From Mobula birostris (taxonomy: Eukaryota), in assembly GCF_030028105.1 (NCBI RefSeq), contig NC_092375.1, positions 34,199,130 to 34,263,129 on the forward strand: a stretch of DNA of 64,000 nt. The letters run 5' to 3'. Positions 12,823 through 24,509 of the stretch are shown in pieces. Numbering within the stretch: position 1 is the stretch's first letter; each line of letters begins with the position of its first letter. The notes beneath the pieces were generated by a model. It saw only the letters and a list, made by a program, of their open reading frames with translations, was not told the DNA's origin and ran no database searches. Made by a program: the position numbers and the translations under genes.

Positions 12823-13708
12823 CACTACACTACCTATAAGCCACAGGGGCATTGGGAAAGCAGCAAGTCAGATTTTAAAGAAAGAATGCAGAGCACCTCC
12901 AATCCAATTTCTTTCAACAAGATTGCTTTCTATTGCTGATACTTGTGGGCAAATGTAGAAAAAAACTTTCAGTTATTTGATAAATTATTCAGTATCCTTT
13001 AGCCACCTAGATTCCAAATGTCTCTAAAGTAAGCTTTTGATCATTACCATAATTTTATCACCTTCTTTCACTAAAAGGAACACTGTGCACTTCTGCCCTG
13101 CCAATATCTGTGCACCAGTGTAGCCCATCATGTGTGTTGGCCTTTTCTGTGCACGTTGACTCATGACGTACTGACAGTTTGGAACATCCATGGTAGTAAT
13201 TTCGGAAGCACCACAACTCTGGATACTGCCCTCAAATATCTGAGCAGTGTTATTTTACTGTACTGAAGCTCCAGGATCAACCATGTTAAAAGAGATGTCT
13301 ATTTGACCATATTAAACTAATTGTAGAAAAGAAGGTTGGGTATGCCAAGTCCACACACACTCTTCCCAACCAAGATCGCTGAGCACATGATTGTATGGTC
13401 TATTCTCAAGGAAACATCCACAAGCATCTCACAGAAATCATTCTTTTATATCTCTCCCAGCAATGTGAATGAGTTTGCACGTCCTAGTAATTACAATACC
13501 AATGGCTGCAATGGCAATAGTATACGACAAAAAATCTACAAGCAATGACCTTCGTTTAAACTTGTTTTAAAGGAATGTCAGTTCATCTTAATCAATAACT
13601 TATTGCAGTTTATTCCATGTACCTTCGGTCGCTCACATTCCTGTAGTGTCTCACGCATGCCACCCTGTCCAAGGGACAGCTAGGTATCAACAATATCCTC
13701 TGACTCAC

Positions 13709-14030
13709 CGTAAACAGGACCACAGGAGATTTGTAACCTGTTGTTGCAGCAAGTGAATTTTCAGTTCAGTGGTCCTAGGCACCAGTCATTTTCATTCGTG
13801 GTATATCTAAGATTTAGAAATAAAAGAATCGACGTAAATGTACAGCACTTCCAGGAAGTTTTTACGGTGCAGAACTGAACGTCAAAGTAATTATTATGCA
13901 TTTCCTGCCCCCTTCGATGAAACTCACCAACGTCTATCATGAAGTCAACACCAGTCTCCGTATTTCCAAGGGAATGCAAAAACAAATCAAGTTTGCTTTT
14001 CCCCCGACTGGGTAGATGTTTAGGCTGCTG
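13709..14030 (-). other. Two candidate 5' exons (13928-14030 and about 13709-13806) of a minus-strand gene, probably SENP7
   Basis: Both have pyrimidine-rich AG acceptors and consensus GTGAGT donors, just downstream of the CpG-rich promoter. Gene identity rests only on the recalled SENP7-FAM172B-TRMT10C-PCNP synteny. Confidence 0.4.
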
Positions 14031-14049
14031 CTGAAAACATAGAGCAGCC

Positions 14050-14660
14050 GCGTGAAACCCTCGCCTTCAGACAGTGGGATCTCGAACAGCAAATAAAATA
14101 TCTGCCTCCAAAGCAAGCAAAACAACACCTTGTTGTCCAGTCACATCACGGGCCTGCAGCATCCCCAAACCGGCGATGGTCACACAGCCGCTGGGCGCCT
14201 GGAGGGAGCGGGTGCCGGGACTCCACAGTCTGGGGAACTTGGGCAAGTTAACGCGAACGCTGCGGCGCGGCTACACTCACCGATATCGGCCTCTCACCGT
14301 CAACTGCCGATGGGCAAAGGCCGCACTCGACTACCCGGCCCACGCATCTGACACTAACCCTGGCCTTAAGCCCCGCTGTCCTCGGACCTAACCTGAGCCC
14401 GTCCCGGCCTGTAAACCACCCGCACTTCCCTAAGGCAGAAAAATCAACGGAGGAGAACCATCGCACCTTCGCCTCTCTCCCTCTCGCTCGCAAAGCTGCG
14501 GAGGAAGGAAGCCTGGTCGCACCGGAAGGGGAGGGTACAAGACAAAAGAAACCAGGCCCCACAGCAACTGCATAATTACTCTTTCGTTATTAAATTATCG
14601 ACATGGATAATCCATTACAACGGGATATTCGGTCCATCAGTCTATCCGCAGGTGTGACTC
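14050..14660 (-). promoter_or_regulatory. CpG-island-like promoter and first exon (putative SENP7)
   Basis: Locally GC- and CpG-rich unique sequence. ETS/GABP-type CCGGAAG at 14522-14528. Minus-strand donor CAG|GTTAGG at 14393/14392. Confidence 0.6.
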
Positions 14661-15078
14661 TCAGGAGCCCCTTTCCCACCCTGATACTATGAACATCTCC
14701 CCCTATTCCAGGAGACAGAGAACTTTAGGGAAGACTGCAGCACAGATGTCAGTATGATTTCATGGTGAAGGGCTTTAATTGTATGAATGTGCTCAATCTT
14801 AAGTGAAGACTACGAGGCTGTTCTATTTTTCGAATGGGGATTTTTAGAGAAAATCTGTATATTAAAAAAAAATGAAAGGTCGAGACTGTAGAAGCCATGG
14901 AAAGAAGTTGATTGGAAGAATTAAATAAAAGAAATAGTGAATAAAATCTTGTTTTATTCAGTGACTGGTTAGAATTGAGAATGTATTGCCGAGGTGGGAG
15001 GAAGGGGGACAGAAAGTAAAACGGAGATGCTGGAATCTGAAGGAAAAACAGAAATGCTGGAAGAACTTATCCAGTCAA

Positions 15079-16300
15079 TAAGACATGGGAGCAGAATTAG
15101 GTTATTTGGCCCATCCAGTCTGCTCTGCCATTTCATCATGGCTGATCCATTTCCCTAACAATCCCATTCTCCTGACTTTTCCCCGTAACCTTTCACATCT
15201 TGACTAATCAAGAATCTATCAATCTCTGTCTTAATTACACCTGATGACCTGGTCTCCACAGCCACCTGTGGCAACGAATTCCACAGATTCACCACCATCT
15301 GGCTAGAGAAATTCCTCCTCATCTCTGTTCTAAATGGACTATTCTGAGGCTGTGCCCTCTGGTCCTACACTCCCCCACCATAGGAAACATCCTCTCCAAT
15401 CCACTCTGTCTAGGTCTTTCAATATTCTATAGGTTTCAATGAGATCCCCCTCATTCTTCTGAATTCCAGCAACTAAAAGCCCAGAGCCATCATTCTCATG
15501 AACCTCCTCTGAACTCACTCCAATGTCAGCACATCCTTTCTTCAATAAGCCCAAAACTGCTCACAATATTCCCAAGTGAGGCCTCACCAGTGCCTTATAA
15601 AACATCAGCATTACACCTTTGCTTTTATATGCTAGTTCTTTCAAAATGAATGCTAACATTGCATTTGCTTTCCTCACCACTAACTCAACCTGCAAATTAA
15701 CCTTTAGTGAATCCTGCACAAGGATGCGCAAATTCCTTTACACCTCACATTTTTAATTTTCTCCACATTTAGAAAATAGTCTATGCTTTTATTCTTTCTA
15801 CAGAATTGCATGACCATGCACTTCCCAACACTGTATTCTATCTGCCACTTCTTTACCCATTCTTCTAATCTGTCCAAATCTTTCTGGCAACTTTCCTGCT
15901 TCCTCAACACTACCTATCCCTCTACCTATCTTCATATCGTCCACAAACCTTGCCACAAAGCTATCTATTCCAGACATCCCACCCTGCAAAAACTCATTTC
16001 AGGGAGGTAGCACCATCAATTTGCAGGAGAGTTGGGATGTCTGCAATAGAGTAGCTGCTTAGTAGCTGGCCAGCTAGTTTAAATAACATGACACCTGTTA
16101 AACTCACCTCAACATGTCTTTTATAGTCTTAACCCACAATGGGCAATAGAAAAGTCACTGTTGCAAACAGTGCAGCGAGCAACATTGTCATTATATTTGA
16201 GCCCTATTAGGCAGGGGTACACCTCAGTGTAGTCTGGGGTGACGTACGTTTTATATTTTTTTTGGAACACTCTGCTATGGCGCGCTCCCGCTCCCTCTCC

Positions 16301-16331
<31 letters not shown>

Positions 16332-18146
16332 GCTTGCTTTCTCGCTCACGCGCTTTCTCTCTCGTGGTCGCTTGCGCGCTCTCCCTTGCTTTTCTCTCGC
16401 TCGCTCTCAAAAAAAATTGATTTCCGTGATATTGTATATAATTTGCGGGCATCAGGGAGCCACTTTTAATATGCGGGAGATTCCCGGAAGTTCCGGGAGA
16501 GGTGGGATGTCTGCTATTCCATCATTCAAATCATTAATATACAACGTAAAAAGAAACTGTATCAACTCCGACCCCTGCAGAACACCACTAGTCACCATTA
16601 GCCAAATAGACAAGGGTCCCTTTCTTCACACTCTTGGCCTCCTGCCGATCAACCAATGCTCTCTCCGTTGCTAGTATTTTTTCCTATAATACCACAGGCG
16701 CTTATCTTCTTAAGCAGCCTCATGTGCAGCTCCTTATCTGAGAATCCAAGCACACAACATCCACCAATTCTTATTTGACTATTCTGCTTGTTATTTCCTC
16801 AAAGAATCCCAACAGATTTGTCAGGCAAGATTTTCCCTTGGCCTATTTTATCATTTGCCTCCAAATACCCCAAAACCACATCCTTAATAATTGACACCAA
16901 CATCTTCCCAGTCACTGAGGTCAGACTAATTGGTCTGTAATTTATTTTCTTCCTTCTTGAAGAATGGAGTGACATTTGCAATTTTCCAATATTCCAGAAC
17001 CATTCCAGAACCTAGATATTCTTTAAAGATCATTGCTAATGCCTCTGCAATCTTTTCAGCCACCTCTTTCAGAACCCTGGTGCATAGATCATCTGGTCCA
17101 GGTGACTTATCTACCATCAGACCTTTCGGTTTCCCAAGCACCTTCTCCCTAATAATCACAACTGCATTCACTTCTGCTCCCTGACCCTGCAAACTTCCAG
17201 CATATTGCTAGTGTTTTCCACAGTAAAGACTCTTGCAAATATTTATTCAGTTCATTCACCATTCACTTGTTCCCCATTACTACCTTTACAGCATCATTTT
17301 CCAGCAGTTTAATATCTACTCTCATTTCTCTTTTACTCTTCATCTATCTGGAAAAGATGAGATTTGGTATCCAACTTTGATATTGTTGGCTAGCTTAACT
17401 TCATATTGCATCTCCACCCCCCCCCCCCAATGATTTTTAGGTTTTTTTTAAAGTTTCCCAATCCTCTAACTTCCTACTAATCTTTGCTCTATTATATACT
17501 CTTTGTTTTGCTTTCATGTTGGCTTTGACATCCCTTGTCAGCCACGGTTGTGTCGTCTTGCCTTTAGACTACTTCTTCTTTGGGATGTATCTATCCCGCA
17601 CCTTCCAAATTGCTCACAGAAACTCCAGTCATTGCTGCTCAACTGTCATCCCTGCTAGTATCCCCTTCCAATCAACTTTAGCCAGCTCCTCTCTCATGCC
17701 TTTGTAATTCCCTTTGGTCCGCTGTAATGCTGATATATCTGACTTTAGCTTCTCCCTCTCAGACTGCAGGATGAATTCTATCCTGTTATAATTATTGTCT
17801 CCTAGAGGTTCCTTTGCCTTAAGCTCCCTAATCAAATCTGATTCATTACACAACACCCAATCCAGAATAGCTGATCCCCTAGAGGGCTCAAACACAAGCT
17901 GCTCTAAAAAGCCACCTTATACATATTCTGTAAAGTCTCTCTTGGAATCCAGCACCAACCTGATTTTCCCAATCTACCTGCATATTAAAATCCCCCATGA
18001 CTATCATAACAGTGCCCTTCTGACAAGCCTTTTCCACACCCATTGTAATCTGTAGCCCACATCCTGGCTACTGTTCAGAAGTCTATATATAACTCCCATC
18101 AGAATCTTTTTACACTTGCAGTTTCTTACCTCTACGCACACTCTAA
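15079..18146 (-). mobile_element. CR1 LINE (APE-RT fragments) carrying a nested MITE
   Basis: 'ILDWVLCNE', 'LGDNNYNRIEF', 'KSPGPDDL', 'NYRPISLTSV', 'RFVDDMKIG'. Flanked by AGTCAA (15073-15078, 18147-18152), which splits a Penelope-end remnant. Confidence 0.88.
15971..16513. mobile_element. MITE copy 1 (13-bp TIR, 6-bp TSD)
   Basis: TIRs CAGACATCCCACC / GGTGGGATGTCTG. TSD CTATTC at 15965-15970 and 16514-16519. Highly similar to 29531-30011. Confidence 0.92.
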
Positions 18147-18699
18147 AGTCAAGCAGCTTCTGTGGAAACAGAAATCAAGGGACGTTCTTTAATCTTTGCA
18201 TAAGTAGTTAGTGGGGTCAGATTCGGATGTGGCATTCTAAAGGGTACTAGAAAAGTAGATGAAAGAAGATTTGCAGGGCTATATGGAAAAGACAGGAGTG
18301 GCTAGATCATTCTGGCTAAATGGTCTCCACTCCTCCTTGATCCTTTCAGTGATTCTAAATTCTCAATCGTATGTTATTTAATTTCCCCTTAAATTCATAT
18401 TTTCAATTCTAATCACCTTTCAGGTAAAGAACTTTGTCCTGATCTATTCATAGGTACCTTGCAATTATAGCTTCTAGTCCTTCACTCTCCCACAAGCTGA
18501 GATGACATCATACCAAACATTATCAACCCTTCTGCATTCTTAAAAGACCTCTAACAAGTCACTATGCAAGCTTCACTTTTCTCCACAGAAGAGTGCCTTT
18601 TTTGTAGCTTACCTTGTGAATTTCTTTTGGACCCTCTCAAAATGCTTTTATGTTCCTTTTAGAACTAAAATGAAAATTGAACACAATATTTACAAATAT

Positions 18700-19830
18700 T
18701 TGAATATCAAATTCTATCATCTAACTTATGAACATATGAATTAGAAGCAGGATTATGCAACTCAATCTGATTCCACTTTCATTCGATCATGGCTAATCTG
18801 ACAGCCTCAACCCCTTATTTCCATCTATCTGCAGTAACTTTCATTTCTGTTTCCCTCTGCCTTAAAATATGCAAACTTTTTGGTTTCGACTGCCCTTCCA
18901 GGAAGTAAGTTCATGGACTTACACTGAGAAATTGAAACTTCCTATATCTCTATCTTTAATAGATAATCCTTTATTTTTTAACAGTGAAACAATCTTTCCA
19001 CATCCCTCTGTCACATCCTATAAGGATCTTAAATGTTTCAATTAAGTCCTCTTTCACTCCTCTAAACTCAAGCAATACAAGCCTAGGCCGCCCAACCTTT
19101 CTTCATAAGGCTCTTTTAGTCTAGTAAACCTTCCCTGAGGTGCCCCCAAAGCTTTACCACCCTTAAGTATGGAGACCAATACCATAAAGAATATTCCAGA
19201 TATGATTTCAGCAATCTTACTCCCTAATGCCTTCAGCATTCAAATGTAATCATCCTAATTACTTACATCCCTGCAAATAAGCATTCAGAGAACCATGCAT
19301 TAAGGTACCCAGATCACTCTGCATCTCAACTTTGCGATTTTTAGATAATATACATTTTAAATATCAAAAAGAATAATTTCATATTTTCCCAGTCCACTTG
19401 CCAAATTTTTGCCTTAGCCTATTTACTGTATATCTCCTATATGCCACCTGTCATTTTCACAATGCACTTTCCTATCTATCTTGGCAGAAAGGAATCAGCA
19501 AGTTACAATGTTGAGGCCCCCAGCATTCATACCTGTGGCATAACATTCATTACAACTTTCCAAACGGGGGGGGAAAAAAGCTCCATTTAGGCCTGCTCCC
19601 TGTATTCTGTTAGACAATCTCATGTCTACAATAATGCAATACCTTGCACACCATCAACTTTCATCTTCCTCAATAATCTTTCAAGCAAAACCCTTCCTAA
19701 TGTCTTATTGGAAATCTATGTAAAGGGCTTCAGCTGCTGCCCTGTTATCCACAGTACATGTTGCTTCTCCTAAGAATTCCAATAAATTTTGATTAACATG
19801 ATTTCCATTTCACAAAACCATGCCTGATTT
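18700..19830 (-). mobile_element. Old degenerate CR1 fragments
   Basis: 'PYEERLGGLGLYCL' remnant and a CR1-type tail near 18730. Confidence 0.6.
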
Positions 19831-19960
19831 TGTTTTCTAGATGTCCTATCATAACATTTTAAAGTGCTCCAACATTAAGATTGATGTTAAAATAACTTCA
19901 AAGTTCAAAGTAAATGTATTATTGTCAAAGTACATATCTGTCACCATATATTACCTTGAT

Positions 19961-20985
19961 TGTGATAATATCTTCTCCTCACTGACGATCAACACTGGCA
20001 AATCTCAGAGGTGTGTGCTTAGCCCACTGCTGTGCTCTCACTATACCCATGATTGTGTGGCTAGGTATAGCTCAAATACCATCTATAAATTTGCTGATGA
20101 TACAACCATTTGTTGATAGAATCTCAGATGGAGATAAGGGGCACAGGAGTGAGGTATACCAGCTAGATGAGTGGTGTTGCAGAAATAACCTTGTATTCAA
20201 TGTCAGCATGACGAAAGAGCTGATTGTGGAGTTCAGGAAGGGTAAGATGAGGGAACAGGAACCAATCCTCAGAGAGGGATCAGAAGTGGAGAGAGTGAGC
20301 AATTTCAAATTCCTGAGTGTCAAGATATCTGAGGATCTAACCTGGTCCCAATATATTGATGCATCTATAAAGAAGGCAAGACAGTAGCTATATTTCATTA
20401 GGAGTTTGAAGAGATTTAGTTTGTCAACTAAAACACTCGAAAATTTCTATAGATGTACCATGGAGAGCATTCTGACAGGCTGCATCACTGTCTGGTACCG
20501 GGGTGGGAGGAGGGTGGTAACTGCACAGAACTGAAAGAAGCTACAGGAAGTTGTAAAATTAGTCCATCTTGGGTACTAGCCTCCATAGTACCCAAGACAT
20601 CTTCAAGGAGCAGTGCGATGTCTATAAAGGCGATGTCCATAACTAAAGACTCCTATAACTCAGGGCATGCCCTCTTATCATTTTTACTGTCAGGAAGGAG
20701 GTACAGAAGCCTGAAGACACAGACTCAGCGATTCAGGAACAGCTTCCTTCCCTCTGCCATCCGATTTATAAATGGACTTCGAACCCATGAACACTACCTC
20801 ACTTTTTTATATATATTATTTCTGTTTTTGCACTATTTTAATCTACTCAATATACACATTTATACTTACTGTAATTGACTTACTTATTTTTTCTTTCTAT
20901 ATTATCATGTATTGCATTGTACTGCTGCTGCTAAGTCAACAAATTTCATGACACATGCCGATGATAATAAAGCTGATTCTGATTC
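19961..20985 (+). mobile_element. Rex1-like LINE 3' part, nested in the 3' UTR of an antisense Rex1-like copy
   Basis: 'CVLSPLL..YTHDCVA...IYKFADDTT', 'TKELIVEFRK', 'NFKFL', 'LSGRRYRSLKTQTQRFRNSFLPSAIR'; (GATTCT)n tail. Confidence 0.88.
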
Positions 20986-23030
20986 ATGTTCTTGCAGACA
21001 TTCACAGGAAAATAAAGAAACATTATCAAATTTATGAAAAACTATAAATAAGAAAGACTGACAATGTGCAAAAGATGACAAATCATGCAAATAATAAAAA
21101 GTAAATAATATTGAGAAAATAAGTTGTAGAGTCCTTGAAAGTTGGTCAATGGCTCGTGGAGTCAGTTCAGTGTTGAGGTGAGTGGAGTTATCCACGCTGG
21201 TTCAGGAGCCTGTTGGTTGAGGGGTAATAACTGTTCTTTAACATGGTTGTGTGGGACCTAGGGCTTCTGTACCTCCTGCTGATGGTAACAAGAACAGAGC
21301 ATGGCCTGGATGATGGTGTCCTTGATAATGGCTGCTGTTTTCTTGTGGCAGCGCTTCTCATAAATGTGCTTGATGAAAGGGTTTTGTCTGATGGACTGCA
21401 CTGTATCCACCACTTTTTGTAGACTTTTTTGTTCCTAGGCATTGACGTGTCCATAACTGGCCATGAAACAATCAGTCAGGATACTCTCCATTGTGCATCT
21501 ACAGAAGTTTGTCAAAGTTTTAGGTGACATGCTGTATCTATGCAAACTTCTAAAAAAGTAAAGGCACTGTTGTGTCTTCTTTGTGATGGTATTTATATGC
21601 TGGTCCCAGGTAATATGCTCTGATATTACCAAGCCAAGGAATTTAAAGTTACTAACTACTGTTCCCTCTAAGCTGTACTGGAGCATGGCTGCGCAGTAAG
21701 TGAAATGCTCCCACACATATAGACTTCGGGAATTTTCTTTTATGTAATAAAAGCAATAATTAACAAGCTACGGTCACAGTATTTTGGTGGTACCTTTTAT
21801 TGGAGTAGCTAAGTGAAAGATCTGTTTGCATATACTGTTCAAGTTCTGACATCGATTCATGTGCCTGTTATTCGATTCATTCAATGTGTGTTGAATCACT
21901 TGAATAATAGATTTCCTGATGATGAGTTAAGAGAATGGCAAGCTTTTGACCCTATTGCTATTGCAAACACAACCAATTTTGAATTTGGAAAAGGGAATGT
22001 TGTACGACTGACAAAAATTACTCAGCTACGACTAAGGTGTTGTCTCAAAAATATCGCAGCAAAACTATGACATCAAATTTTTCATTTCTGACAAAGGTAA
22101 GGCTGGTTTAATTAAGACGTTCATTGATAAGTTGAACTAAGTTCATAGAAACAAAGAATTTGAAGAACTGTCAATTCTCGTTGACATCGTTGGAATATTT
22201 CATGTTTCCTGTGCTGACTGCAAATGTGGATTCAGTCAAATGTAAATTCAGAAACAGATTAGAAGTAGATTTTGGATGATCTAATGAGGATTAAGGCATA
22301 CCTAGACAGCGCTTACAGACAATGGATTTGTAATAAAGACAGATGAGAAAGAGTTTATGAAACATGAAAGATGTTCTCAGTTGTACTGCATTTCATTATA
22401 CCCTTCAATTAATGAATAAAATCAAAAGTATGTGATTTTTCAATTTTCATTCTAAATATTCATAGTATGCACATTACAAAAAGATTAAATACCGCACAGT
22501 TTTCAGGCCATGTAAAAAGTTTCAACCCACAGCAATGGTTGGTCCACACAGCAATAAAAAAGGGAACTTTGTTATTGACACTCTCCATCTCTGATCCCCA
22601 GATGAAGACTGGCTCATGGACTGCTTTCTTCTTTCTCCTGCAGTTAATAATCAGCTCTTTGGTTTACTGACGTTGAGTGAGAGGTTGTTGTTACTGCACC
22701 ATTCACCAGGTTTTCAGTCTCCCTCCTGTATGCCAATTCATCACTACCTTAGATTCAGCCAACAACAGTAGTGTCACCAGCAAACTTAAATATAGCATTA
22801 AAGTTGAACTCATCCACACAATCATAGGTATTAAGCAAGTAGAGCAGGGGGCTAACTACACAGCCTTGTGGTGCATCTGCTGGTGCTGATTGTGGAGGAA
22901 GAGATGTTGTTGCCAATCCATACTGACTGGGGTCTGCAAGTGAGAAAATTGAGGATCAGGTTCCACAGGGAGGTATCGAGGCCTAGGTCCTGGAGCTTAG
23001 TGATTAGTTTTGAGGGGATGATATTGTTGA
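20986..23030 (-). mobile_element. Rex1-like LINE (its 3' tip lies at about 19897-19960), interrupted by a hAT
   Basis: '[35 protein letters not shown]', 'NFKFLGLVISEHITWDQH', 'RRYRSPRSHTTMLKNSYYPS'. Confidence 0.85.
21657..22571 (+). mobile_element. Old hAT transposon remnant
   Basis: Degenerate TIRs (..TGTTCCCT / AGGGAAC..) and a 6/8 TSD (TTACTAAC / TTATTGAC). Remnant 'LNNRFPD..L..WQAFDP' and a decayed dimerisation domain 'S.ADCKCGFSQM...RNRL...LDDLMRIK'. Confidence 0.7.
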
Positions 23031-23334
23031 ATTTAAAGAGAAGAGAGATGAACTGGCCTGTAAAATCTACCTTACTGTCTTTTTTGAATAAAAGCATTAC
23101 ATTTGATACATCCCAATCTAATGCATCTTTCCCCAACTCTCAAAGAATTTTGAAAAATCACAAACTAACATCAATTATCTCATTAGCCATTTTAAGTCCT
23201 CCAGGATGAGGATCATCAGGACCTGGAGATTTGTACTCTACTGCACTGACGGTTTGCTGACAGCTGTCCTAAGTGAAGGTTACTTATTTGAGTTCATCCC
23301 TCTCAGTACCTGATTTTTGGGCTGATGCCTCCAA

Positions 23335-23685
23335 GAGGACCACATCCTTGTCGTGGTTTGAAGACCTGTGTGCCTCAATAACCAGGAGACCTATGATGGC
23401 TGGAGTCAGAGCTTTATGCTTTGACTCTTGGTGGAGTCACCCATGCTAAACAGGTCAAAAGGTAGAGGCCAGACTAAGAGTGGGGGAGTTCAGCTTAGTG
23501 CTAACAACCCTCTCTGGTAAAAACAAAACTGTTACAGAAACGGCAATGACAAATCTTTCTACATCAGAATGTGATGGTGTTCCAGAGTCTACACCCAAGA
23601 TTTGCATGGCTGAGAGTAGTGAAAACTGAGAGGAAGCTGCCGGCACGACGAAGGAAGACCTGAACACTACCAGAGATGGAGCACC
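23335..23685 (+). mobile_element. RTE-clade (Rex3/Expander-like) 5' UTR-derived fragment
   Basis: 'ggaccacatccttgtcgtggt...aaacaggtc...ccagactaagag' resembles recalled RTE 5' UTRs. It sits within decayed CR1 sequence. Confidence 0.5.
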
Positions 23686-23989
23686 TTGTTACTTGTATCC
23701 TCTACAATGAAGTCTTATGCAAGGGACCTGTTTAATTTATCTGCCATTTCCTTGTTTCCCCATTATTATTTCCCTAATTTCACTTTCTATAGGACCAATG
23801 CTATGTTACCTTTTGAACATACGAGAAATTCTTATTACATTGTATTTCAAGTCTATTCCTCCAAAATTTCCCCTAGTTCTGGATTTGGCCTTGTGTACCT
23901 GCATTATTAATTTGATGAGCAAGTGATAATCACTGCACAAGACTCTCATCTTTAAATTGACCCCAGTAACTATGGTTACAAAGGCAATT

Positions 23990-24509
23990 GTTATCACTAT
24001 TATCATTATTATTTTAATTTTTTTCTCAGCTCAACTGGTAAAACTTGAGATGTGGACATAGGCAAGAACACTCATTTCTCAATTGCTAGGAACTTCTGGA
24101 CTTTCCTAGTGGTGTTTAGTATCATGGCTTTTTGAAGATTTACATAAATATTGCTGTGTAGGCCTAATTGTTTAATAGTATTGTACAGTGACGTTGGGAT
24201 GATACCAGTTGTCGATACTACTATTGGGACAATGTATACCTTGTTCATGTTCCATAGCTTTCAATTTCCTCTTTTGATTCGCGTATTTCTATGTCCTTCA
24301 TTTATTGATTTCTGTATGTTATTAGTGCTTGGAATGGTTATATCAATCAAGCAAGTTGTTCTTGCTTGTTTATCTCGCAATATTATGTCTAGATGGTTTT
24401 TATAGATGGCCCTATCTGTAATAATGAATGGATTGCAATATAATTTGTAGGACTCTGACTCTAAAACAGGATCAGGCTTGTATTTTTAGTAAAGTATGGT
24501 GCCGTTTTA
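23990..24509 (-). mobile_element. R4/Dong-clade retrotransposon 3' end (restriction-like endonuclease)
   Basis: Manual minus translation with frameshifts: 'YKPDPVLESESYKLY..IITDRAI..HLDIIL.DK...CLIDITIP...EEI..LW....YIVPIVVSTTGIIP...LQKAMILNTTRKVQKFL'. Stop at 24072-24074; degenerate (TAA)n tail. Confidence 0.8.

Noticed and set aside
14074-14562. ORFs of 73-105 aa over the GC-rich region
   Set aside because: Overlapping ORFs on both strands are expected in CpG islands; no recognisable protein motifs.
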